Source of the DNA: a virus
Lineage: Duplodnaviria > Caudoviricetes
Length of the DNA: 41,322 nucleotides
Direction: 5' to 3' (one strand)
Virus record (IMG/VR): IMGVR_UViG_3300033493_000004
Coordinates: 1-41,322 of that record
Of this stretch, positions 18,076-27,041 are shown piece by piece; within the stretch, counting starts at the first letter, position 1; each line of letters starts with the position of its first letter. The notes under the pieces are model-generated. The model was not told the origin of the DNA and made no database searches. It saw only the letters and a list, made by a program, of their open reading frames with translations. A program made the position numbers and the translations under genes.

Positions 18076-19364
18076 TATGCGGCCTCAGAGTTAATAGCGA
18101 TAAACATAGGCTGGGACCCTGCCACTGTCAGCTCTGTTGCAGAGCTGAACCCGGAACAATCGGCGCCGTACACGAGCGTGCAAGATACGTAACCAGACTC
18201 ATCTTTTTCGATGGCCGAAGGGGGCTCGATAAGGTTACAACGCGGAAACGCAATGAGGATAGCCGGGTCAGTTGTCGCGTGTACACGTGTGACAAATTCA
18301 ATCGCTGTGTCGGGGTTTGTTCCGGTACCACCTGAAAGAGTGCTTTCAAAATCGGACCACTTCGTTGTGTCAAAAAGTGCGTTGATCGTTATTCGAGGTT
18401 GAGACGCGACATAAGACACGTACCCTTGAATGTCGTTAACGTTTCCGGTACCGCCTATTGTATAGATAGGCTTGGTCGCCATGCCGAAAGAGATAGTCGC
18501 ACTTTTGATTCCGCTAAGTGCCGGAGTCAATCCGCCAGTTGTCGCGTTACCTTGTGCAAGATGGCAACGGAAGTTGTCGCCTGTTACCACGATTTCTCTC
18601 GTTCCGTCGATGTACGTCGGCGCTGTGTAAGTGCCGTCTGCCATGGCGACGTCACCAACATGAACAGCAAACAAGAATTCTAACGGCGTGTTCGGTGAAA
18701 TCTCTAAACTGTCAAGCTGATCCGCACACCCCTTATAGGTAAAGGTCTGGACATTACTACCATCCGTAGCGCGGATTGTGTATTTAAAAGAGATTGTGTC
18801 AGAGGCGCTAAGCTTCTCTGTACGAGGCGTACAAGTCAACATCGGCTTAATCGTGTAGTCTTCCGCAGGTGCGGCTGACAAAGCGAATAACGGAACGCAA
18901 GCAACCCCGGTCACATCAGCGAGTAACGTAGGTTCCCAAACACTAGCCGCTGTTTGAATTAAAACAGCCATTCCATCATCCTGGCCTTTTGTAACCTTAA
19001 ACGAGAACGCTGTTGTTGTCGCGCCTGTATCCACAGCGCCATCACCTGTTATTGCAGTTGTTGTGTACCCGGCTGCTTGTAGCAGTGTACAAATAGGGGG
19101 GCTTCCCGTGCTTGTATGTTTTCGAACGTTTAATGCAAGCGTCATAGCCGATTCAGTCGCGGCTTTGTAGTCGACAGGGGTATCTCTAAAATCCCCCGGG
19201 TGTGCATGCGAATTTGCCTGCGGAACGGCTTTTCGCGTTTGCGTCGGGAACGTACTATTCGCGCGGTTACAACGAATGTAGGCATACGAATCAGGTGTCC
19301 CAAAAGCGGTGTCTTTAGCTATCTCTAACGTAAGCCCCTGGCTCGGTGATACAACTTCGGACAT
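18075..19364 (-). CDS. Major tail tube protein
   Basis: 429-aa Thr-rich beta protein; N-terminal KDTAFGTP motif; precedes the G/GT chaperones; GGAG SD. Confidence 0.75.
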   Translation of the reverse strand: MSEVVSPSQGLTLEIAKDTAFGTPDSYAYIRCNRANSTFPTQTRKAVPQANSHAHPGDFRDTPVDYKAATESAMTLALNVRKHTSTGSPPICTLLQAAGYTTTAITGDGAVDTGATTTAFSFKVTKGQDDGMAVLIQTAASVWEPTLLADVTGVACVPLFALSAAPAEDYTIKPMLTCTPRTEKLSASDTISFKYTIRATDGSNVQTFTYKGCADQLDSLEISPNTPLEFLFAVHVGDVAMADGTYTAPTYIDGTREIVVTGDNFRCHLAQGNATTGGLTPALSGIKSATISFGMATKPIYTIGGTGNVNDIQGYVSYVASQPRITINALFDTTKWSDFESTLSGGTGTNPDTAIEFVTRVHATTDPAILIAFPRCNLIEPPSAIEKDESGYVSCTLVYGADCSGFSSATELTVAGSQPMFIAINSEAA

Positions 19365-19374
19365 TGTCGGTCTC

Positions 19375-19824
19375 CTATGTTACAAAAATCTCAGCAAATA
19401 TTGGTAACTCTGCCCAAACATAATCGCCTGAGGCAGACTCTGTCACTACTTGTTCAGCGCCGTCTAACGCCTCGATGAACTGCACACCCGTCGCTGTAGG
19501 CGTGTATGCGTCTACCGCTTTAGATAAACAATCCATGTCAGCCATGCGGTCAATTGACCAGTTATCGGACTTCGGGTAGCCAATCACTACAGCGGCATCA
19601 ATGCGATACAAACTTTGGCTACTACCAAAGGTCTCGCGTCTTTGACTGTCCCAACGAACCCAAAATTGGCGCGGTAAAGAAGTCTGCTCTGCGCCATCGT
19701 CGCCGCGTTGATTCGTTGTGATGTGATTGTACCTCGCCGCGATTTTCGTAGGCGGCGCCGTTTGCTCTATCAAAATATTCAACTCTTCGTCCAACGCGTA
19801 GAGAGATGTAGCGAGCGCTACCAA
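19375..19824 (-). CDS. Putative tail terminator or completion protein
   Basis: 149 aa, directly upstream of tail tube; positional call. Confidence 0.55.
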   Translation of the reverse strand: MVALATSLYALDEELNILIEQTAPPTKIAARYNHITTNQRGDDGAEQTSLPRQFWVRWDSQRRETFGSSQSLYRIDAAVVIGYPKSDNWSIDRMADMDCLSKAVDAYTPTATGVQFIEALDGAEQVVTESASGDYVWAELPIFAEIFVT

Positions 19825-20702
19825 AGCTGCCTCACTGGAAGCATGTCAGAAGGCTGCTCTTCCTCTTCCTCTTTAATGAGGTCTTGGTCTTCGTCGATCC
19901 AAATGTTAGAGGCGCAAAACTGGTCGTAAGCGTCCGTAAGATACCGGTTCATGCGGGTCGCTTCGTTGTCCCACGTGTCTCCACGCGTCATCGCGATGTG
20001 ATACGCAATCTGCGCCATAAGCAGATGAGTAAGGTCGGTACCGTCTACAAGCTTCTCAAGAGTACGGCCACGTGAACCAAGCGCTGAACGAAGCTGTCTG
20101 TATGCGTCGTTCTTATACAAGTCAAATTTGCCTGAAGGGATTTGCTCAGCATAGTGCGGGTATAAATCAGAAAACTCATCCCATATAATCTCTTCTGAAA
20201 CACGCTTAAGGACAACCGCTGTTTGCGTTAAAACAAGATTCGTCGCGTTTACTGTCCAAGCAATCGCAAGTTCTGTGTCCGCTGGGTAGTTTGTCGCGCT
20301 TGAAGCGTCAAGTGTATACGACACCCACCGCCCGGTTACAGCCGTCCCGCTTGCGTGATCGTACAGCAACGACGTCTGAAGAGTTACGGTCTTATCACCA
20401 GCGACGTAAGACAGGACACGAACCGTCTCAGCTGGCCCCGCTGTGCTCGAAGCGATTTTAAGCAGGTCGCCGTTAACAACAGCCGTGCCCGCAGTAAGTA
20501 CGATTGTAGCTGCGCCGAAAGCGGCAGCAGCCGCCAAAGTGTCCCCCGCGTAAACGGTTCCCGCCGTCGCGCTTACAATCGCTGTACCGTCGTCTGTGTC
20601 GTAAACACTAACCGTCGGCGAAGACGCAGCAGAATAAGAATCAGGAAGCTCTACTCGTAACGCCGTAGAGGCTGACCCGTATTGTACCTGATAGTCTGGC
20701 AT
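19818..20702 (-). CDS. Putative head-tail adaptor (beta-rich N-terminus, helical C-terminus)
   Basis: Position in the neck region; helical connector-like C-terminal part. Confidence 0.5.
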   Translation of the reverse strand: MPDYQVQYGSASTALRVELPDSYSAASSPTVSVYDTDDGTAIVSATAGTVYAGDTLAAAAAFGAATIVLTAGTAVVNGDLLKIASSTAGPAETVRVLSYVAGDKTVTLQTSLLYDHASGTAVTGRWVSYTLDASSATNYPADTELAIAWTVNATNLVLTQTAVVLKRVSEEIIWDEFSDLYPHYAEQIPSGKFDLYKNDAYRQLRSALGSRGRTLEKLVDGTDLTHLLMAQIAYHIAMTRGDTWDNEATRMNRYLTDAYDQFCASNIWIDEDQDLIKEEEEEQPSDMLPVRQLW

Positions 20703-21313
20703 CAACCAACCTTCCGCTTACCTGCTAAGGCCGCTGAGAACTCACGAGGCAGCTGCTCCGAAAACTTCAGTCGCCTGAACGTGTTCGCAAAAAAGAACAC
20801 ATCGCTTGAACTAATCGCGCCTACCCGCTCGATATGAGTCGTTGGGTAATCCCTTGCAAGAGTCTCGACGCCGTTGACAACATACATACTGAGCCCTGTG
20901 ATGTATTTGTTCGTATACATCTCGTTTCTTGGTTGCCCTGAAACGGGTCTGAAGAAGTCATACCCAATTAGATAAATGCAATCCGGCTTTATGAAACTCA
21001 ACGCGTACCACAGAGCAATGATGCCGCTGTTATGGCAACGGCCCTTCGCGATGTCCGCCATCCTGCCTATTTGAATACCGTTGCACTTAATAATGTGTGT
21101 CTTCGCGTCACGCGTAATTAGGCTGAACCCACGCTTCCGTTGCATCGCCCAAAGCGTCTGCGCCGGCTCTTGGTCAAGCGCAACGATTGTATTCGGCGTC
21201 GCCTCAATGTGTACACCGTTACAACCGATGACGTAACCGTACTGCTTCAACTTATCGAGGTTATAAAGCCCCTCCCGCGAGGTTCCGTTGCCAACAACAA
21301 AACAGTTCTTCAT
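20702..21313 (-). CDS. Maf/DUF115- or GT42-like putative glycosyltransferase, copy 2
   Basis: CFVVGNGTSR, VIGCN, IVALD, NSGIIALWYA, IYLIGYDF motif series. Confidence 0.65.
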   Translation of the reverse strand: MKNCFVVGNGTSREGLYNLDKLKQYGYVIGCNGVHIEATPNTIVALDQEPAQTLWAMQRKRGFSLITRDAKTHIIKCNGIQIGRMADIAKGRCHNSGIIALWYALSFIKPDCIYLIGYDFFRPVSGQPRNEMYTNKYITGLSMYVVNGVETLARDYPTTHIERVGAISSSDVFFFANTFRRLKFSEQLPREFSAALAGKRKVG

Positions 21314-21891
21314 GGTAATCTCGGAATCAATTTAACAAGCTTGAATGTTTCCTCGTAAAACTGCCTGTCCCAATCCATGATTTCGCCCACTCGTATTACC
21401 TCACAACCAGGGTGCTCCTTCGCAATGCGCTCCATTGAGCTTGAGATGAATGGAGCCGGCCCTACCCAGTAGTTACCGTTCGTGATGTCGTTCGAGCGCT
21501 TCCCGTTGAAGTGAAATCGCGTGTCATCCCTCGGGACAGGCCTAAAGAAATCGAAGCCTATCAGAAAGAGCTTATCACATTTAAGAATCTCTGCCGCGAA
21601 CCAAGCGGCGACTACACCGCTATTATTGTTCCTACCATCAAGGAAGTCGTCCATTCGAACAAATGGAACACCGTTTCGGCAAAGCCATCGCTGTTGATTC
21701 TGCGCGATAAAAATGAAGCCCTTTACACCTGATTCGGTTATCGCCTTCTGCGGCTCGATGTCTAACGCTACAAGGTAGTCCGGAACGAAGGTCTTGTAAA
21801 TCTCGTTACACCCAATCGTTGTGCCGCTAAGCTTCGTTAAATCGATGTCACGGCGCGAGAATCCGTTACCTATAACGTAGCAAGAAGTCAT
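21310..21891 (-). CDS. Maf/DUF115- or GT42-like putative glycosyltransferase, copy 1
   Basis: CYVIGNGFSR, TIGCN, PDYLVALD, NSGVVAAWFA, LFLIGFDF motif series. Confidence 0.65.
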   Translation of the reverse strand: MTSCYVIGNGFSRRDIDLTKLSGTTIGCNEIYKTFVPDYLVALDIEPQKAITESGVKGFIFIAQNQQRWLCRNGVPFVRMDDFLDGRNNNSGVVAAWFAAEILKCDKLFLIGFDFFRPVPRDDTRFHFNGKRSNDITNGNYWVGPAPFISSSMERIAKEHPGCEVIRVGEIMDWDRQFYEETFKLVKLIPRLP

Positions 21892-22262
21892 TCACCTGCA
21901 TCCTGTACGGGGCAGGGCTGCCCAATAGAGCCATCCTCACAGGCTCGCGATTCCTCATATACAGGTTGAAACACAGAGCCGCATGCGGACAGAAGAACGG
22001 CAACAACTGCGGCTTTGGCCGAGCCCGTCAAGCGGTCTATAATTTCTTTTGCCTTCGCGTCACCGTACTTTGCCTTACATATAACTTCTAATTCTTCCTT
22101 CGTATTCGCTTTATCAACAGCGACTCTATCTTCGTCGTAGTATGTTGTGGACTTGTCGACACTATCCGCGATTACCTCGACAACAGTTCCTTGTGGAACG
22201 AACTCATTGCCTGCTTTAGCAACGAAGCATCTCGCCTTACCTTTTGAAGTCTTAGGTGTCAT
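21888..22262 (-). CDS. Hypothetical protein with internal lipobox-like segment
   Basis: Abuts both neighbours; AKAAVVAVLLSACG near the C-terminus. Confidence 0.6.
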   Translation of the reverse strand: MTPKTSKGKARCFVAKAGNEFVPQGTVVEVIADSVDKSTTYYDEDRVAVDKANTKEELEVICKAKYGDAKAKEIIDRLTGSAKAAVVAVLLSACGSVFQPVYEESRACEDGSIGQPCPVQDAGE

Positions 22263-23129
22263 CTAGTTAACCGTAACCGTTACGCCACGTCCTTGCAGTG
22301 CCGTAAGTGCTGCGGCGCTTGCTGTTGTATGTGCGCCGTTCGTCCCTGCTATAGCAATCGTGCCGCCTGTTTTCCCCGCTGTATTTGAGTCTATGAGCCA
22401 TTGGTCAACGGCGGCAGAACTTAACCCAATTGAGGTAAGTGTTTCCGTTGTGTTATTCCAAGCTGGAAGTACCGTTGTGCTAGCATACGTCGCCGTCATC
22501 GAAGCGATTGTAAGAGACGTGAGCCCTGGTTTATTTGCTAATGCTGATAGGTCGCCCGTTACCAGTGGGCAAGATATAGCTAGGTTAGTTAATGACGTCT
22601 GACCTGATAAATTAGACAAGTCGCCTGTAACAATCGAACTTGTTACCACTAAATTAGTTAGGCTAGTCAGAGCCGATAATTTAGATAGGGCTCCTGTTAT
22701 ATTGGTGGTCGCCGCGCCTGTTCCGACAAGCTGCAATATCAACAGCTTCGATAACCCGCTCATACAACTTAAATCACCCGTCGGTATCGGCGTTCCGAGA
22801 ACACAATAGTAAATGTCACTCAACTTACGAACGCCTGTCAACGGTATTCTAAACTTAGAGTCAGGTGATATCTTAGTAATTGCTTTTATGTTACCTGTTA
22901 TCTTACAGATAAAAGTGCTAGCACCCGCGTAGGCACGGCTCAGCACTTGGTCTGACCCGGTTCCCGTGTATGCTGTGACAGTACCGTCGCCCCAATTAAC
23001 ACTAAACTTACTTCCGTTGACCGCCTTGATTGTCATGCTGGCTGTCGAAGCGCCCGACGTTACAACACTGAATTTAAAACACCGCCTATCTCTCAAATAA
23101 TACCGTGGGTTAAGCAAATAATTAAACAA
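22263..23129 (-). CDS. PKD-like plus leucine-rich-repeat protein, Ser/Thr-rich
   Basis: VNWGDGT PKD signature; about four 22-aa TGDLSxLxxLxxLxxL repeats. Confidence 0.75.
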   Translation of the reverse strand: MFNYLLNPRYYLRDRRCFKFSVVTSGASTASMTIKAVNGSKFSVNWGDGTVTAYTGTGSDQVLSRAYAGASTFICKITGNIKAITKISPDSKFRIPLTGVRKLSDIYYCVLGTPIPTGDLSCMSGLSKLLILQLVGTGAATTNITGALSKLSALTSLTNLVVTSSIVTGDLSNLSGQTSLTNLAISCPLVTGDLSALANKPGLTSLTIASMTATYASTTVLPAWNNTTETLTSIGLSSAAVDQWLIDSNTAGKTGGTIAIAGTNGAHTTASAAALTALQGRGVTVTVN

Positions 23130-23131
23130 CG

Positions 23132-23473
23132 CTACACTCTATCCCCGGCAAGCGGCGTTATAACGATTGACCCGATAGTCGCATCTTGAGACAAGGCAGC
23201 GACTTTATACGTCCCTGTAGCCTCATGCGGCGTCTTGAACCACAGAGGGACCATGCCCGGGTAGAGCATTGTCGAAGACGAAGCAGTGGGGTCAGCGCCA
23301 AAAGCGAGGCGTACATCAGTCGTAGCGACGAGTACATGCATCGTGTCCGCCGATAAAGCAGCCGTCTTCTGTGAAGTACCGCCAGCGGCCTCGAATGTCC
23401 TATTTACCGCCGTTCCTGGTATGCCAACAGTCTTCGCAAAATTGGTGCTTACGTCAATGTATTCGGAAACCAT
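23132..23473 (-). CDS. Small beta-sandwich putative virion protein
   Basis: VRLAFGADPTA motif of a type common in phage head-region genes. Confidence 0.55.
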   Translation of the reverse strand: MVSEYIDVSTNFAKTVGIPGTAVNRTFEAAGGTSQKTAALSADTMHVLVATTDVRLAFGADPTASSSTMLYPGMVPLWFKTPHEATGTYKVAALSQDATIGSIVITPLAGDRV

Positions 23474-24075
23474 TATGCCGACCTCTCTTTTCTGCTACGA
23501 CCATCTGCGTTCACTTCCCACGGCGGGACTTCCTCGTATCGGTGGTTGTAAGTAGAACCGTCGCTGGATATCTTACGCTGCGTCGTCACGCCGGCACCGA
23601 AGTTGAATAGAAGCAACGTTGCATCTGGCCGCGATACCGTTATGCAGCCATCTGAATCAACGGTAGCCTTGGCATACACGTTGTTTGATTTGCCTAGCTT
23701 ATTTAACGACCTCAGTTGACGAGTGTTGAAAGGCTTATGCGTCTTCGGATTAATTGTGAGAATGTCGCATTTGTAAGTCACTGTTTGACCCGGCGATACC
23801 TTCTCACCACGTGCATCACAGAGAACGCGAAGTCTGTAACTACGAGGGCCAATGGTTTCACGCACGCCGTCTCGAATGTATCCTTCTTTCTCTCGTCTCT
23901 CCATCTCAGCAAGAACGAGGGTACAAAGCCCATGGTCCTCTTGAAACATAGGAGTCAGAGGGATATAAGACAGCCTGTCAAACTCGCTTTCGAGGACACG
24001 TGTCCTATCATCCTTTGACTTCTGTTGCCTAAGCAGTTCAAGGTTGAAACATTTATTCGTCGGGTAATCGGTCAT
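23473..24075 (-). CDS. Hypothetical protein
   Basis: 200-aa ORF tightly packed in the operon, GGAG SD. Confidence 0.7.
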   Translation of the reverse strand: MTDYPTNKCFNLELLRQQKSKDDRTRVLESEFDRLSYIPLTPMFQEDHGLCTLVLAEMERREKEGYIRDGVRETIGPRSYRLRVLCDARGEKVSPGQTVTYKCDILTINPKTHKPFNTRQLRSLNKLGKSNNVYAKATVDSDGCITVSRPDATLLLFNFGAGVTTQRKISSDGSTYNHRYEEVPPWEVNADGRSRKERSA

Positions 24076-24076
24076 A

Positions 24077-24442
24077 CTATTTCTCCATTATCTTTATCCC
24101 CTCGCAACGGGGAATGAATTCCTTTATATTAATGTCTGCCCATGGATAAGATGCACACACTTTTGGCTTCACATCATGCACGGAACAACGCTTCTTCTCA
24201 TGGTCGTAGAATGGACACACCGATTTAGTCACCTCAATGCCGCCGCCGTCCCATCGATACAGCTCCATGAATTTTGCTTCGGAAACCCCTAAGCACTTCT
24301 CAAGCCGCTCGGCGTCGTCATCATCAATGACGACCCAAGCTCTAATAACTGTCGTTCGTTTGTCTCGTTCATACCAATCGCCACGGCAGCATGCGCCGCA
24401 ATGCGTGCATTCAAAGTCGTATGCTGCCGTGGTGTTGGTCAT
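24077..24442 (-). CDS. YkgJ/FliB-family CxxCxxCC zinc- or iron-chelating protein
   Basis: FECTHCGACCR ... CPFYD...CSVHDVKPKVCASYPW, the full 8-Cys family pattern. Confidence 0.88.
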   Translation of the reverse strand: MTNTTAAYDFECTHCGACCRGDWYERDKRTTVIRAWVVIDDDDAERLEKCLGVSEAKFMELYRWDGGGIEVTKSVCPFYDHEKKRCSVHDVKPKVCASYPWADINIKEFIPRCEGIKIMEK

Positions 24443-24447
24443 CTTAA

Positions 24448-24819
24448 TTACCTACCAATCACAATCAATCGCAGTTTCCCAACCGCTGACAAATCCGTAT
24501 CCGTTGGGATCGGATTCATCACTCCCCCGGATGTCTCGCAATAATGCCCCGTGAGGATCACATCCGTCGCAGGCGTGGCGCCTGCATTAGTGATTCGAAC
24601 GCCCCATTTGTATTGGTTGTCTGCGTACGCATCGACGTCGGCTGGCCACGCCGCTTTTACCTCTTTATTAAAATGCGTCGACAAGTCGATAACGATACCA
24701 GCAACGGTCCATCCATTTGATGCGCTAGGCAGCTGAACCGTAACAGACCCCATCTTGTATCCGAGCATGAAAGACTCGGGTGGCACATCCCAAGTAACGG
24801 CTAATGCAACTGTAGTCAT
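24448..24819 (-). CDS. Putative head decoration protein
   Basis: Directly after the capsid gene with strong AAGGAG SD; C-terminal TDLS...RLIVIG motif. Confidence 0.55.
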   Translation of the reverse strand: MTTVALAVTWDVPPESFMLGYKMGSVTVQLPSASNGWTVAGIVIDLSTHFNKEVKAAWPADVDAYADNQYKWGVRITNAGATPATDVILTGHYCETSGGVMNPIPTDTDLSAVGKLRLIVIGR

Positions 24820-24831
24820 GATTAATTCTCC

Positions 24832-25752
24832 TTATGCGGTCTTGCCGGAAAGCTTACCGGCTTTCTGCGGGTTGTCGTAGGTGGCTACGTAGTTGCAAGT
24901 GATCTCCCAAACCTGAGCATCTTCGAGCACGCTCTTGAACTCGGCACGAACTGGGCGGGTCTCCCAGAAATGCAAAAGGTTACGTTGCAGCGCAAGGATG
25001 ACAGTGTCTGTCATATCCGGAACCCCAAAGACTGGGATTCCGTTATACGGCGGAACGTTCCCGTTCGCGTCATAGAACTTGCCAGCGTCGAAGTTATTCG
25101 ACCTGTCGGTGTTCCAAGGATGGTTAGTTGTACCGAAGCGAAGACGCGCGAAGTTAGTTACCTGGTTCCAAGGCATCCAAATCTCAAGCTGAGTGAAGTC
25201 ACAAGCTCTATCGTTGTCTCGAAGCGCTTCAATCATGTCTTCCACGTGCGCCAAGGTCAGTGCCGTTGTGGTAGCCTGTTCATAACTCGCGAAACCCGTG
25301 TACGTCGATTTGTTGATCCCTGCGTACGTGCCTGCCGAATCGATGCCAGCCTCAATCAAAGCCAGGTTCGTTGTAACAACGAGATCTTTAAGGTCTTGAA
25401 TAGCCTTGTTCACTGTGTATAGTTCAGGCGCATTGAGGTTGAGTTTGTTCTCAAGCAGGTAGTCAATAGCGATGTTGCTAATCTTCGCCGTTACCTGGAA
25501 CGGTTGCTTCGACACAGCAGCCGCAAGAATGCTGTTTGCATTCGGCGAAGCCATTGGGTCGCCTTCTGCATATGTCTCAGCGTTGTTGGTGCCCGTAACT
25601 TCGACGGGCCAGTTTACCTTGCTTCCGCCTCTTGGCTTCTCAGGCGGGACATGTCTAAAGAGCCAATCGTTGTAAAAAATCGTGCTGACGGACTGTGGAA
25701 TCAACACTTCGTTGATGATGTTCGTCAGAGTCGTAGTTGTATCACCACTCAT
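24832..25752 (-). CDS. Major capsid protein
   Basis: 306 aa after the scaffold; YAEGD, YNGIPV and terminal NPQKAGKL motifs typical of HK97-fold capsids; GAGGA SD. Confidence 0.85.
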   Translation of the reverse strand: MSGDTTTTLTNIINEVLIPQSVSTIFYNDWLFRHVPPEKPRGGSKVNWPVEVTGTNNAETYAEGDPMASPNANSILAAAVSKQPFQVTAKISNIAIDYLLENKLNLNAPELYTVNKAIQDLKDLVVTTNLALIEAGIDSAGTYAGINKSTYTGFASYEQATTTALTLAHVEDMIEALRDNDRACDFTQLEIWMPWNQVTNFARLRFGTTNHPWNTDRSNNFDAGKFYDANGNVPPYNGIPVFGVPDMTDTVILALQRNLLHFWETRPVRAEFKSVLEDAQVWEITCNYVATYDNPQKAGKLSGKTA

Positions 25753-25766
25753 TTAGTTTCCTCGTT

Positions 25767-26378
25767 TCAGTAATTAGGCGGCTTGGATCCATTCTTAATG
25801 ATGTATGAAGAAAGGGTCTCTCCCGCTTCTTTACGAGCCTTTTCGATTTCGCTCGTATTTCCCCTTGCGTTAATAGCTGCTTTGATTCCCGCCCAATTAA
25901 CTTCACCAGAGGCATCACTGACTGTCCCGACACTCGCTGCTCCATTAACCTTCGTAGGTTTCGAAGCCGCAAATGCGTCCGGTAAATCAGTCCTAAGTTT
26001 CTCTGCCCACTGAGGCAACGTCTCTTCAGTCACGTCATCAGGAAGCATAGAAACCGCGCCCCGTAGTTTCAAAGAGTCAGATAAACCTAAGCCACGCAAT
26101 ACGTTCTCCGCCTTGACAGAAAGCTTCTCACGCGACACAGCGGCAAACTTCCTGGTAAGCTCCTCATACTTCGATTGCTCAAGCTTAAGAGCTTCCTCGA
26201 ACTTCTTCTGCGCCACCAAATCGTTTTGTTTTCGCGTTTCTTCTTCCGCGTCTTTTTTAGCTTTGTAGTCCGCCAGTTCTTGGGCCTGCGCTTTCCAGCG
26301 TGAAGCCTCACTAGCCAGTCCACGAAACTCAGGCGTCTCACGTACGTTGATCTCGGTCTTATCTGTCTCTTCGGTCAT
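25767..26378 (-). CDS. Capsid scaffolding protein
   Basis: Charged coiled coil directly upstream of the capsid gene; GAGGTG SD. Confidence 0.75.
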   Translation of the reverse strand: MTEETDKTEINVRETPEFRGLASEASRWKAQAQELADYKAKKDAEEETRKQNDLVAQKKFEEALKLEQSKYEELTRKFAAVSREKLSVKAENVLRGLGLSDSLKLRGAVSMLPDDVTEETLPQWAEKLRTDLPDAFAASKPTKVNGAASVGTVSDASGEVNWAGIKAAINARGNTSEIEKARKEAGETLSSYIIKNGSKPPNY

Positions 26379-26477
26379 CAAAGCACCTCTGTGTTGTTAA
26401 CCCAGTCACGTCTGGGAAATTATGCATCACGCATCACGCACCATTGCGCTATCGTGAAGATATAAAAGCTGTCACAC

Positions 26478-27041
26478 TCAGCCTTTAATGATTCGTATAG
26501 TTCCGGCTTCTAGGTTCTCAAGAATCTGACCTGAAGCCTTCAGAACCGATCCTTCGTCGACACCATATTTCCGTTTTCGTGCCGCCGCGTACTCAGGCGT
26601 TACATGCGCCAATCCTGAGCCATCATTCCCTTGCTGGGACGAAACACGGTTAGCCAGAATAGCAGCGACCTTCTTACAGGCTTCGCGAAGAGCAGAAGCC
26701 AATGCGGCTTCAGCGTTCTTTTTTGTCTTCGCGCTTCTAAAAATGGTAGTGCTTCTGAGACTATTGAATGCCGGGTTTCGTTTAGCTATGACTCTGAGTC
26801 TGTTACCAAGCCTGTCCCTGAACACTTCAGCCGCTGCATGCGCGTCGTCTTCTGTAGGGAGCACGTTGCGCGGTGTCGCTGCTTCAGCAAGCCAACTAAG
26901 AATCTGAGCATTGTTGACTGATTTATTCTCTTCCCGACGCTTCCCTTTAAATGCCGCGCCAATCGCCGTAGCCCCAAAGGCCTGCATCATCCCCATAAGT
27001 TCTTCTGTCTCTTGTAACCCTGCGAATTCAAGCTGTATCAT
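26478..27041 (-). CDS. Putative virion morphogenesis (neck) protein
   Basis: Basic protein with YAAARKRK..LKASGQIL ending reminiscent of Mu gpG-like proteins; ATGA coupling. Confidence 0.5.
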   Translation of the reverse strand: MIQLEFAGLQETEELMGMMQAFGATAIGAAFKGKRREENKSVNNAQILSWLAEAATPRNVLPTEDDAHAAAEVFRDRLGNRLRVIAKRNPAFNSLRSTTIFRSAKTKKNAEAALASALREACKKVAAILANRVSSQQGNDGSGLAHVTPEYAAARKRKYGVDEGSVLKASGQILENLEAGTIRIIKG

